Shown in pieces: positions 1 to 8,126 of a stretch of 42,854 nucleotides of DNA. The notes under the pieces were generated by a model. That model ran no database searches. It was not told the origin of the DNA and saw only the letters and a program-made list of their open reading frames with translations. Positions within the stretch are counted from its first letter, which is position 1. Every line of letters begins with the position of its first letter. The stretch is from a virus: the IMG/VR virus record IMGVR_UViG_3300009773_000002. One strand, given 5' to 3'. A program made the translations under genes and the position numbers.

Positions 1-123
1 AGAACGAAAGCCGATGCTTCAAGCATCAAAGAAAGGAAGGTACACAATGAGTAACTATCATATTGGACGCAGAAGCCCGATGCTATGTCAAACAATCAAT
101 CAGTCAGAATCAGACGTGCAGTA
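1..123. repeat. Terminal direct repeat, copy 1 (identical to 42732-42854). Closure overlap of a circular or circularly permuted phage genome.
   Basis: agaacgaaagccgatgcttcaagc...cagacgtgcagta at 1-123 is repeated base for base at the window end. Confidence 0.9.
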
Positions 124-190
124 TCAAATCAGATATCAAGTTGAAGAATCAAAAGCAGAGTCGCATATGTGGCGGCAATACGGAAAGTGA
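47..190 (+). CDS. Small hypothetical early protein (47 aa, MSNYHIGRRSPMLCQ...)
   Basis: ATG at 47 has AAAGGAAGG about 8 nt upstream, and 47 codons run to TGA 188-190. It shares the conserved leader seen before other early genes. It is below the ORF-track size cut-off and competes with the TTG-start ORF 63-449. Confidence 0.5.
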   Translation: MSNYHIGRRSPMLCQTINQSESDVQYQIRYQVEESKAESHMWRQYGK

Positions 191-200
191 GGGAAAGAAA

Positions 201-449
201 ATGAAGATACATAAAGCAAGGGCGTCCGCATATGACAGCGTTAGTAATGATTCGATTTATCATTATATCCGACAGTATGTCAATAAAATAGCAAGTGACA
301 TCGAGCCGGCAGAAGATGGAGCGGGCAACAGTTACAAACAGAAGCGGGAGCAATTCGACAAGGCGAATCGGATACAATTAAAAGCAATTGCGGCAGAACT
401 GGAAACAGTCACCAAGCGGCTGGATTATATGTTATATGGGAGGTATTGA
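201..449 (+). CDS. Hypothetical early protein (82 aa, MKIHKARASAYDS...)
   Basis: Internal ATG of track ORF 63-449, preceded by GAGGGAAAG. A hairpin plus T-run follows at 481-510. Confidence 0.55.
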   Translation: MKIHKARASAYDSVSNDSIYHYIRQYVNKIASDIEPAEDGAGNSYKQKREQFDKANRIQLKAIAAELETVTKRLDYMLYGRY

Positions 450-480
450 TAAAACGTTAACAGCGCATTGTTATGTACCT

Positions 481-510
481 AAAAGGCGGTTAGAAATAGC
501 CGCTTTTTTG
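481..510 (+). terminator. Putative intrinsic terminator ending the first early transcription unit
   Basis: In AAAAGGCGG-ttagaaatag-CCGCTTTTTT, the GCGG/CCGC core is extended by A:T pairs and followed by a T-run. It lies just after the stop at 449. Confidence 0.5.
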
Positions 511-533
511 TTTGCATTACTACAAAATTCTAT

Positions 534-577
534 CCATATGGGTTACCATATGGGTTACCATATGGGCGTTCATATGG
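534..577. repeat. Iteron cluster 1: CCATATGG x3 plus CATATGG at 12-bp phasing (non-coding copy)
   Basis: CCATATGG starts at 534, 546 and 558, and CATATGG at 571. The flank GAAAATATATAAAACTAA resembles the flank of cluster 2 at 11153-11196. Confidence 0.8.
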
Positions 578-817
578 AAATTGAAAATATATAAAACTAA
601 CACTAAATAGATGGTACTAAATAATTAGACAATCCTAGAAAAGAAAACACATCTAATTAATTAGTTTATTTCTACTGATTTAGAATATCTTTTTATTTTC
701 TGAAAATCTATATAATTAGTATAGTCCTACTGATTTAGTTTAATCTACTTATTTAATAGTTTTTCTATCTAGTTAGTATATATATATAAATAGATAGACT
801 GACTATTATTTATCAGA

Positions 818-846
818 TTGACTAATTGTTTAGTTTTTTCTATTTA
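818..846 (+). promoter_or_regulatory. Possible sigma-A-type promoter (TTGACT-17 nt-TATTTA)
   Basis: TTGACT at 818-823, a 17-nt spacer, TATTTA at 841-846. AT-rich context, so false positives are likely. Confidence 0.3.
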
Positions 847-882
847 CTATATATAGGCAGAAAACGAACTACAAGGTGTAAA

Positions 883-989
883 ATAGGACTTTCGGGCATA
901 TTTTCAATTAGAAATAGGACTTTGAAGCATATAATGCTTTGATAATCAATAGGACTTTAAGTCCTACTTTTGAAAGTTCATAGGACTTT
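883..989 (+). repeat. Four direct copies of ATAGGACTTT (starts 883, 914, 949, 980), three extended to ATAGGACTTTsrnGCATAT
   Basis: Read directly. Spacing is 31/35/31 bp. Copy 3 is part of the palindrome TAGGACTT-T-AAGTCCTA (950-966). An inverted copy, AGTCCTACT, is at 723-731. Confidence 0.8.
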
Positions 990-1010
990 GACGCATATAT
1001 TGGTTATGGA

Positions 1011-1052
1011 TTGTACAATATGCACAATACCGGGGATAAATATTTGTGCAAA
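1011..1052. promoter_or_regulatory. Operator-like sites: 7-3-7 palindrome TTGTACA-ATA-TGCACAA (1011-1027) plus half-site TTTGTGCAAA (1043-1052)
   Basis: Near-identical to TTGTGCA-ACA-TGCACAA (42113-42129) plus TTTGTGCAAT (42135-42144). Confidence 0.6.
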
Positions 1053-1060
1053 ATGTCATG

Positions 1061-1088
1061 TTTACAGATGCGCATACCATGAGATAAT
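1061..1088 (+). promoter_or_regulatory. Putative early promoter P_E2 (TTTACA-16 nt-GATAAT)
   Basis: TTTACA at 1061-1066 and GATAAT at 1083-1088. It sits 8 bp downstream of the operator half-site and about 45 nt upstream of the ATG at 1133. Confidence 0.45.
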
Positions 1089-1132
1089 GAGATTACGAAC
1101 AGAGGCAAGAAAACGAAAGAGAGGCACACAAA

Positions 1133-1372
1133 ATGACAAAGAAGTTAATTGCAAAGACAAGAACGGGAAAAGAGTTTCTGTACTCAAGGCGCAATTGTTT
1201 TTTTGCAAGCGCGAACGCTCAAAAGATCGCCGATGCGCTTAACACTCAAAAATACGAGATATCAGACGGCGAAAAATGGCACGTATACGATTATGATTAT
1301 TCGATGAATTCCTTTTGCTTTCAGAGAATTTACGTATCGCGTAACGGGTCAGTAAGAGCCGCAAGCATCTAA
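1133..1372 (+). CDS. Hypothetical early protein (79 aa)
   Basis: Track ORF. ATG is preceded by GAGAGGCACACAAA, the same context as the ATGs at 42230, 42474 and 47. Confidence 0.7.
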   Translation: MTKKLIAKTRTGKEFLYSRRNCFFASANAQKIADALNTQKYEISDGEKWHVYDYDYSMNSFCFQRIYVSRNGSVRAASI

Positions 1373-1441
1373 TTAGGAACGAAAGAAACGGGAAACGCTC
1401 ATGCTGTCCTATCGGCGCGACGGGGAGAAAGAGAGACTATC

Positions 1442-1768
1442 ATGTATATTCAAAACAAATATTTTGTCGACAAAGGTTATCCAACGCTTGCTCAGTTCAA
1501 AGCATGGTGCAAGAAGTTTCCGAACCCGTTTCAAGAAGGGGAAACCCCGCGCTATTATCAATCAAAAATTGACCCAAAATATTTTATGTCGCTGGAACGG
1601 GTCCGCGGCGATGGGTTGTTTGATAAATATGATTTTATCGGGGTTACAATCCGAACCGTGCCGATGTGGACAAACCCTACATATACCGATATCGACAAAC
1701 TAGAAATTGCAAACAAGTATTTTCCGGGAGTGCTTGAAGCCTATTCTAACGAAGTATACGGCGGATAG
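1442..1768 (+). CDS. Hypothetical protein (108 aa)
   Basis: Track ORF. RBS GGGGAGAAAGAGAG. The overlapping ORF 1401-1703 lacks an RBS. Confidence 0.7.
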   Translation: MYIQNKYFVDKGYPTLAQFKAWCKKFPNPFQEGETPRYYQSKIDPKYFMSLERVRGDGLFDKYDFIGVTIRTVPMWTNPTYTDIDKLEIANKYFPGVLEAYSNEVYGG

Positions 1769-1828
1769 ACATAATCAAACATCGAATCATATCTGACCTA
1801 ACGGATTGACGGGGAGAAAGGGATTATC

Positions 1829-2023
1829 ATGGAAAAGAGAACTGTATTAGTATTCGAAAAAATGGGTATGGACATTACCGATAAGGACTATGCCGGAGAC
1901 ATTGGGAATCATCGTGTAAGGGCGCGCTTTGAGGACAACTTTTTACATAATTGGTCATTCGTTCGTTGGTTTATCTTAAATAATACGGGGGTTATGTTTG
2001 AGAACATTATTCTAAAAGCATAA
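1829..2023 (+). CDS. Hypothetical protein (64 aa)
   Basis: Track ORF. Same GACGGGGAGAAAG...TATCATG junction as the gene at 1442. Confidence 0.6.
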   Translation: MEKRTVLVFEKMGMDITDKDYAGDIGNHRVRARFEDNFLHNWSFVRWFILNNTGVMFENIILKA

Positions 2024-2040
2024 TCACGAGCCTTACGCCG

Positions 2041-2078
2041 CCGGACGTATTCCGGCACAAACCCGCAAGGGTAGAACG
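2041..2078 (+). promoter_or_regulatory. Two-hairpin intergenic RNA module, copy C
   Basis: GCCGGA-cgtat-TCCGGC, then ACAA, then ACCC-GCAA-GGGT, then AGAAC. Same layout as copies at 42392-42435 and 42693-42736. Confidence 0.55.
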
Positions 2079-2109
2079 GAAGCACGAAAAGAAAGAGAGG
2101 GGTAAAAAG

Positions 2110-2400
2110 ATGAAAAGATTAACAGAAGCAGAGATCAAAGAACTGAGAGCCGAGGGGATCACGCATTTAGCGACGGTCGTTAAAGGGTGTTATTTTACAG
2201 AATATTGGCACGTCGTGAGCCTTGATCGAATCGAAAAAAATAATCGGTATTGGATCCCGTGTCCGATTCGTCAGTTGCCATCCGGCGCCGTATGCCGGGT
2301 CGGTGTAACAGAAAAATCGATTGACTGGACAACAACAGTTGCACTTATGCGCGTGTATTATGTCCGGAAGAATGGTGGTAAAATCGTATGGAACAGATGA
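2110..2400 (+). CDS. Hypothetical protein (96 aa)
   Basis: Track ORF. RBS GAGAGGGG about 9 nt upstream. Confidence 0.7.
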   Translation: MKRLTEAEIKELRAEGITHLATVVKGCYFTEYWHVVSLDRIEKNNRYWIPCPIRQLPSGAVCRVGVTEKSIDWTTTVALMRVYYVRKNGGKIVWNR

Positions 2401-2663
2401 AACGTTTTTATCTAGTAATCGACACAAGCAACAAAAAGGGCACGAAACGATATGCCTACGTACAGCGGGTAAGCAATAACGTCAACATCTTACACGTTAT
2501 AAGTGGTGTTGCCAGAGCCAATAGTTTCTATGGGCTTGATCCGTTTTTCGTTGAAATTGCAAGGGGCAAAGCCGACGCCGAGAATACCGCGAAAAGATGG
2601 AACGATTCACACAAGGCGCAGGGCGTTTATGCCCTGGATTATATGGAGGGCGAAACATTATGA
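2388..2663 (+). CDS. Hypothetical protein (91 aa; alternative start 2397 with ATGA overlap)
   Basis: Track ORF, translationally coupled to the neighbouring genes. Confidence 0.65.
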   Translation: MEQMKRFYLVIDTSNKKGTKRYAYVQRVSNNVNILHVISGVARANSFYGLDPFFVEIARGKADAENTAKRWNDSHKAQGVYALDYMEGETL

Positions 2664-2746
2664 TTCAAACGGCACTTTTAATCCTTGTCATTGTATTTGC
2701 GGTCGGTTGTGGCTTGTATTTTATCTACGATATCATAAAGTCGTAA
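2660..2746 (+). CDS. Tiny hydrophobic peptide (28 aa, MIQTALLILVIVFAVGCGLYFIYDIIKS), single transmembrane segment
   Basis: ATGA overlap with the upstream stop. An uninterrupted hydrophobic core was read from the sequence. Below the track cut-off. Confidence 0.45.
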   Translation: MIQTALLILVIVFAVGCGLYFIYDIIKS

Positions 2747-2808
2747 CATTATCGTAACGTTAGTGTAACAATAGTACGTTATAATAAACAAAGATGGAGG
2801 TTTTTGAA

Positions 2809-2931
2809 ATGAACGCGAAGAAAAAATACTTTTATGATGATTTGGGCGGCAGAGATACGCCGGAGAAATATTTGCTGGAGTATATCCGCGAGGCGTATAT
2901 CGATTATGCGGAAAGCAGGGAAGCAAAATGA
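2809..2931 (+). CDS. Small hypothetical protein (40 aa)
   Basis: GGAGG lies 8 nt upstream of the ATG. ATGA overlap with the next gene. Confidence 0.55.
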   Translation: MNAKKKYFYDDLGGRDTPEKYLLEYIREAYIDYAESREAK

Positions 2932-3173
2932 GCAAATACATCATTAAACGGACGCGATACGGAACGATACGACTTGCGTATATGTGCATGGATTGCGGCG
3001 CGGTGATCGACCCGGACGAAGAGACGTGTTTTTATGATGAAGAAACGGAAGAACTTCGATGCGCCTTATGTTTCCAAAAGTGGATGAAATACTATGAGCA
3101 GGACTGTAAAAGCGCAGTGGAGGAATTACCGGAAAGCGCATTGAGCGAAGTATATGACGATACAGACGTTTAG
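2928..3173 (+). CDS. Small acidic CxxC...CxxC (zinc-ribbon-like) protein (81 aa)
   Basis: Track ORF with CMDC...CALC motifs. Confidence 0.65.
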   Translation: MSKYIIKRTRYGTIRLAYMCMDCGAVIDPDEETCFYDEETEELRCALCFQKWMKYYEQDCKSAVEELPESALSEVYDDTDV

Positions 3174-3188
3174 GAGGAGGATAAAACC

Positions 3189-3329
3189 ATGAAGTGTTCA
3201 AATTGCGGGAACAACAAGGGCACAATTGTTCTGAATGATGAAGTGGTATGTCCGAGGTGCTATCTTGACCTCACGGACTATATGCGGAACGAAGCAATCG
3301 GAGGCGATGGCGATGGCGTGGACTTTTAA
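3189..3329 (+). CDS. Small zinc-ribbon-like protein (46 aa, MKCSNCGNN...CPRC...)
   Basis: GGAGGAGG RBS, CxxC x2. Below the track cut-off. Confidence 0.55.
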   Translation: MKCSNCGNNKGTIVLNDEVVCPRCYLDLTDYMRNEAIGGDGDGVDF

Positions 3330-3663
3330 CCGAGGTGGGAATAAATTCGGCGCGAAAAAGGTATGGTCAGACGGGATATGCTTCGACAGCAAAGCGGAAG
3401 AGCGCAGATATCAGGAACTAAAACTTCTCGAAAGAGCAGGAAAAATCTCGCACCTGTATGTGCATGTCCCTTATCAGATCATCCCGTCCGTCGTGCTTGA
3501 CGGAAGAAGGCGCCCGGCTACGACTTATATAGCAGACTTTACCTATGAACAGGACGGAGAACAGGTCGTAGAAGACACGAAGGGCGTGAAGACGAAGGAC
3601 TATATCATCAAGCGAAAGTTGATGAAGCACGTCCACAACATTGAAGTAAAGGAGGTATACTAA
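3307..3663 (+). CDS. PD-(D/E)XK nuclease, DUF1064-like (recombination/resolvase-type)
   Basis: FGAKKV...DSKAEERRY...YIADFTY...VEDTKG...K motif pattern. The start is moved to the ATG after GGAGG (track ORF starts at 3235). Confidence 0.65.
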   Translation: MAMAWTFNRGGNKFGAKKVWSDGICFDSKAEERRYQELKLLERAGKISHLYVHVPYQIIPSVVLDGRRRPATTYIADFTYEQDGEQVVEDTKGVKTKDYIIKRKLMKHVHNIEVKEVY

Positions 3664-4820
3664 TGTCAGATAACGAAACCGTTAAGAACGAGATCATCCG
3701 AGTAGAGCAGTTGCCGATTATTAGAGAGAAACTGTCCGAAGTATCGGCGGCGGCGCAGGAAAAGATTAAGAATGCACTATCTTTGATTGTGTCCGAGGAA
3801 ACAGTGAAGGACGTTAAAGCGGTTCGCGCCGACTTAAACAAAGAGTTTGCCGACCTAGAGGCACAGCGCAAGGCGGTCAAGAACGCGATCCTTGCCCCCT
3901 ACGAGGAGTTCGAGACGATATATCGAGAGTTGATATCAAATCACTTCGCGGCGGCGGATACGGCGCTTAAGGGGCGCATAGCGGAGGTTGAGGACGCGCT
4001 TGTAACAGAAAAGGAAACGGACGCGCGGGCATACTTTGATGAATTGAAGGCGCGAGAGAACTTGGACTGGATAAACTTCGAAGATGTTCCGGTTAAAGTC
4101 AACCTCTCTTCGTCCATTAAGTCGATTCGGGATGCGTGCGATACCTATATCAAGGGCATCGTTCAAGGCATCTCCCTGATTCGCGAAACGAATGCAGACC
4201 TTGCCCCGGAAATGCTTGTCGAATACAAGAAGGTCAGAAATCCATTAAATGCGATTCGGAATGTAATGGATCGTAAAAAGGAACTGGAACAGGTCACGGC
4301 AAGCGAACAGGTCAGAACAGTACAGCAAGACCAAGAACGCGAACGTCAAGCGCAGATGATGGAGTTTCTGCCCCCGGCGCAAGCACAGATTGTTCAGAGC
4401 GAGAAAGCGCCGGAGAAGATTTATACGTCGGCATTCAAGGCAAGGGGAACAAAAGAACAGTTGCAACGGTTAGCGGCGTTTATGCGGGCATCCGGCATTA
4501 CCTTTGAAACAATCAAGCCGGAAGCAAAGCCAACGCCAGAACCAAAGAAGGAAGAAGCAGAAGAGACGGGAGCGCAGGCGAAGGGATGCTCGGAGGTGGT
4601 ATTCGTACAATTCAAAAAAGAAGATGGCACATACGGCGGCAGGAAATATTCCTATCTTGTGCCGCAAGAGTATGCACAAAGCGTTGGGGAAGGGATGGAG
4701 GTACTTCTCCCCGAAAAGAACGGAGAGAGTCCTAAGGCGGTCGTGGTGGGCGTAGGAACGATTGATGACGTGCCGGAAGAAATTCAGAGCAAACTAAAAG
4801 CAATTAAAGGAGTGATTTAA
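3663..4820 (+). CDS. DUF1351-like protein (recombination-module accessory, 385 aa)
   Basis: N-terminal LPIIREKL...VKAVRADLNKEF..LEAQRKAVKNAILAPYEEFE pattern, and a position upstream of recT typical of Firmicutes phages. Confidence 0.6.
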   Translation: MSDNETVKNEIIRVEQLPIIREKLSEVSAAAQEKIKNALSLIVSEETVKDVKAVRADLNKEFADLEAQRKAVKNAILAPYEEFETIYRELISNHFAAADTALKGRIAEVEDALVTEKETDARAYFDELKARENLDWINFEDVPVKVNLSSSIKSIRDACDTYIKGIVQGISLIRETNADLAPEMLVEYKKVRNPLNAIRNVMDRKKELEQVTASEQVRTVQQDQERERQAQMMEFLPPAQAQIVQSEKAPEKIYTSAFKARGTKEQLQRLAAFMRASGITFETIKPEAKPTPEPKKEEAEETGAQAKGCSEVVFVQFKKEDGTYGGRKYSYLVPQEYAQSVGEGMEVLLPEKNGESPKAVVVGVGTIDDVPEEIQSKLKAIKGVI

Positions 4821-4822
4821 TC

Positions 4823-5097
4823 ATGGAAACGAAAAAGTACATATTCAGAGGAGACCGTTCAGGCGTGTTTTATGGCGAGATTGCCGAGCGTAACGGTCAA
4901 GAGGTCACAATCAAGAATTGTCGTAGGCTGTGGTACTGGAACGGCGCGGCGAGCCTTTCGGAACTGGCGTTGACCGGAACAAAAAAACCGAACGAATGCA
5001 AATTCACCGTAACCGTGCCGACGCTACAGATATTGGATGGTATCGAAATTATTCCGGTATCCGAAGCGGCACAAGCGTCTATTGAGGGGGTATCGGT

Positions 5098-5110
<13 letters not shown>
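4823..5110 (+). CDS. Hypothetical protein (95 aa)
   Basis: Track ORF. AAGGAG RBS. Confidence 0.7.
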
Positions 5111-5700
<590 letters not shown>

Positions 5701-5707
5701 TTTAATT

Positions 5708-6616
5708 ATGGCTTATGAAATGACAAGCAAGAAGCAAATGCCGTTCTCCGAGGTAATGAATACGGATATGGCAAAGAAACAAATTCTGAATGTGCTTCAG
5801 GACCCGAAGCGTGCGGCAAGGTTCACATCGAGCGTGATTAGCGCGGTTTCGGCAACACCCGCGCTCAGGGAATGCGAGCCTACTTCAATACTGTCTGCCG
5901 CTCTGCTCGGGGAAAGTCTCGAACTTTCTCCGTCACCGCAACTCGGACACTATTACATGGTGCCGTTTCAGGACAGGAGCGCAGGAATCAGCAAGGCAAC
6001 CTTTATTCTCGGTTGGAGAGGCTACATTCAGTTAGCCGCTCGATCGGGGATGTACAAGAGAATCGTTGTGTTCGCAGTCAAGCGCGGAGAGGTAGTAAAG
6101 CCGTTCAACATTCAGACGGAGCAAATTGAACTTTCGTTTATTGACAACGAGGATGTTCGGGTCAAGTCTGAAACGGTCGGGTACTATGCCGCATTCGAGT
6201 ACATCAACGGGTTTCAGAAGGCGATGTACTGGACGAAGGAAAAGATGATGCACCACGCGCTCACCTATTCGAAGGGGTTTGCCGCGAAAAAGGGATACAC
6301 CTTTTGGGAAAAAGACTTTGACGAAATGGGAAACAAGACCATGATTCGTCAACTAATCGGTAAGTGGGGCATCATGAGCATCGAACTCAGGCAGGCATTC
6401 GAAGCCGATACCGACACGGACGAACCACCGGATTTTGACAGCATGACCGATGTTACGCCGAAAGAGCCTCAGCCTCAACCGGAACCGAAGAAACGTGTTC
6501 AGAAAAAGGCAGAGCAAGAACGGTCGGACGCAGACGAATCGGAACTACCGTTCACTTTGTCCGATGATGATGCTCCGAACGGACAAGAAGATATGTTCGA
6601 CCTAGAGAACGGTTGA
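5708..6616 (+). CDS. recT: RecT-family single-strand annealing recombinase
   Basis: Recognisable RecT core (ISAVSATPALRECEPTSILSAALLGESLELSP...GYIQLAARSGMY). Acidic, proline-rich tail. Confidence 0.8.
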   Translation: MAYEMTSKKQMPFSEVMNTDMAKKQILNVLQDPKRAARFTSSVISAVSATPALRECEPTSILSAALLGESLELSPSPQLGHYYMVPFQDRSAGISKATFILGWRGYIQLAARSGMYKRIVVFAVKRGEVVKPFNIQTEQIELSFIDNEDVRVKSETVGYYAAFEYINGFQKAMYWTKEKMMHHALTYSKGFAAKKGYTFWEKDFDEMGNKTMIRQLIGKWGIMSIELRQAFEADTDTDEPPDFDSMTDVTPKEPQPQPEPKKRVQKKAEQERSDADESELPFTLSDDDAPNGQEDMFDLENG

Positions 6617-6632
6617 GAGAGGATCATTTGCC

Positions 6633-7295
6633 ATGAAGCATCACGTAATTCAGACCGGAAGCGACGGTAATGCCGTTATCCTACAAGGCGAAAAGGACGT
6701 GATCCTCGTCGATTGCGGAGTGAGTTATGCGAAACTTGCTCCGTATCGACGGGCAATATCAATCGTTCTTCTTACCCACATTCACGGCGACCATTTCCGA
6801 CCGGCAACGATTAAGAGGCTTGCGCACGACCGTCCGATGCTACGGTTCATGGCTCCGACGTGGCTACTATACCCACTACTTGACCAATGCGACGTGGACG
6901 AAAGAAACATCGACCTCGCACAGATGGACACAACCGCAGTATACGGAGAGCGAATCAAAGTGCGCCCGTTTGAACTCGTTCATGACGTTCCGAATTGTGG
7001 ATATGAGATCACGCTTGATAAATCGAGGATTGTCTATGCGACAGACACATCTTATATGCCGGACATCTATAATGCGGACTATTATTTCATCGAAGCGAAC
7101 TATAAAAACGCGGAAGAACTCGCGGCAAGGGCGTATGCAAAGATAGAAGCGGGTCAATATGTGTACGAGAACGGACTTCAAGACCGACATTTCTCGCGCG
7201 AACAAGCAATAAACTATATAATGAAAAACGGAAAAGACAACTCGCAGTATGTGCTTTTACACGAACATAGGGAAACAAAGGAGAAAGAAGAATGA
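6633..7295 (+). CDS. Metallo-beta-lactamase-fold hydrolase
   Basis: HxHxDH motif (LLTHIHGDHF), 220 aa, located between recT and ssb. Confidence 0.75.
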   Translation: MKHHVIQTGSDGNAVILQGEKDVILVDCGVSYAKLAPYRRAISIVLLTHIHGDHFRPATIKRLAHDRPMLRFMAPTWLLYPLLDQCDVDERNIDLAQMDTTAVYGERIKVRPFELVHDVPNCGYEITLDKSRIVYATDTSYMPDIYNADYYFIEANYKNAEELAARAYAKIEAGQYVYENGLQDRHFSREQAINYIMKNGKDNSQYVLLHEHRETKEKEE

Positions 7296-7681
7296 ATAAC
7301 GTTACACTAATCGGACGGCTGACAAAAGACCCGGAGGTCAAGAGCACTCAAAGCGGAAAGAGTTCGCTAGGATTCACGATTGCCGTTGAGCGTCCGACTA
7401 AAGACAGAACCGCCGACTTTATTAACTGCGTGGCATGGGAACAGACCGCAAACATTATCGGACAATACTTTGTAAAGGGATCGAGAATCGGAATCGTCGG
7501 AGCAATACAGTCACGATCATGGGCGGGCGTGGACGGTAAGCGCGTATATGTTACCGAGGTTCTGGTGAATCGGGTTGAGTTTATCGACCGAAAGCAGGAC
7601 AGAGAGCGGTTGCAAGGCGATGAATCGCCCGTATCATCAATCGAGATGGACGAAGATATAGATGCACCGTTTAGCCTTTAA
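7292..7681 (+). CDS. ssb: Single-stranded DNA-binding protein
   Basis: MNNVTLIGRLTKDPE OB-fold N-terminus and an acidic C-terminal tip DEDIDAPF. Confidence 0.9.
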   Translation: MNNVTLIGRLTKDPEVKSTQSGKSSLGFTIAVERPTKDRTADFINCVAWEQTANIIGQYFVKGSRIGIVGAIQSRSWAGVDGKRVYVTEVLVNRVEFIDRKQDRERLQGDESPVSSIEMDEDIDAPFSL

Positions 7682-7695
7682 CGGAGGAGGATAAC

Positions 7696-8001
7696 ATGGA
7701 CGAGGTAAAGGGAAAAATTCTACGAGAATTACAGGAAGCGGCGGGAAACGCCGAGTGGTCGTCCTCACGCGAAGAGTTGATGTATAAAACAGGAGTAAGT
7801 GACCGACAAGTACGACGTGCCATCCATGAGTTGCGACGCGACGGGTATAAGATCATATCGTCACCTGACTGTGTCGGTTATTGGCTCGGAACATCCGAGG
7901 AGTGGAACAATTTTTGCGAGAAACAACGCTCAAAGGGGATCGCAGGAATGTTCAGAAAGACCACGGAATATGATAAGCAACTTCGGATCGTAGCAGAATG
8001 A
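7696..8001 (+). CDS. Winged-helix DNA-binding protein (101 aa)
   Basis: TGVSDRQVRRAIHELRRDGYKI helix-turn-helix/wing pattern. GGAGGAGG RBS. Confidence 0.55.
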   Translation: MDEVKGKILRELQEAAGNAEWSSSREELMYKTGVSDRQVRRAIHELRRDGYKIISSPDCVGYWLGTSEEWNNFCEKQRSKGIAGMFRKTTEYDKQLRIVAE

Positions 8002-8126
8002 ACTGTTGGAAAACGTGTGAACATTGTGGTGGTTGTTCTCTGTGCGAGGACTGTGAGAACGGACAATACTATGAGCCGGCACAAATAGAAATTGTAAACC
8101 TGCCGGAAAAGGAGATTAAAAAATGA
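7998..8126 (+). CDS. Small Cys-rich protein (42 aa, MNCWKTCEHCGGCSLCEDCENG...)
   Basis: ATGA overlap with the upstream gene. Seven Cys in the first 19 residues. Below the track cut-off. Confidence 0.45.
   Translation: MNCWKTCEHCGGCSLCEDCENGQYYEPAQIEIVNLPEKEIKK

Larger units (their letters stand above)
590..1000. promoter_or_regulatory. AT-rich, repeat-dense non-coding region (candidate DNA-unwinding / origin / early control region)
   Basis: No credible ORF. Contents: CTACTGATTTAG at 672-683 and 727-738; inverted repeat TCTATCTA (765-772) / TAGATAGA (791-798) around a (TA)n run; GAYTGACTA x2; and four ATAGGACTTT units. Confidence 0.6.

Noticed and set aside
1-123. The terminal repeat as a biological direct terminal repeat (DTR)
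   Set aside because: The repeat boundary falls in the middle of the RNA module and carries only the start of a small gene. The terminase looks like a headful (PBSX-type) enzyme. An assembly closure overlap is the simpler reading. Read-terminus analysis would settle it.
63-449. A single 128-aa TTG-start ORF
   Set aside because: The TTG has no RBS. Two ATG starts with good RBSs (47 and 201) explain the region better. This remains uncertain for 63-190, where the two frames overlap.
534-577. Regularly spaced short repeats considered as a CRISPR array (also 11086-11153)
   Set aside because: The units are 8-bp palindromes with 4-bp spacers and a 12-bp period, which is far too short. One array is in frame within a gene, and no cas genes are present.
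388-594. 68-aa ORF ending in HMGYHMGYHMGVHMEIENI
   Set aside because: The HM repeat is just the translated iteron array. The ORF spans the terminator hairpin and has no RBS. I treat it as non-coding, possibly a relic of the duplicated initiator-gene segment.
970-1242. 90-aa ORF starting with TTG in the non-coding region
   Set aside because: It begins inside the ATAGGACTTT/operator region with no RBS, and it overlaps the better-supported gene at 1133 in another frame.
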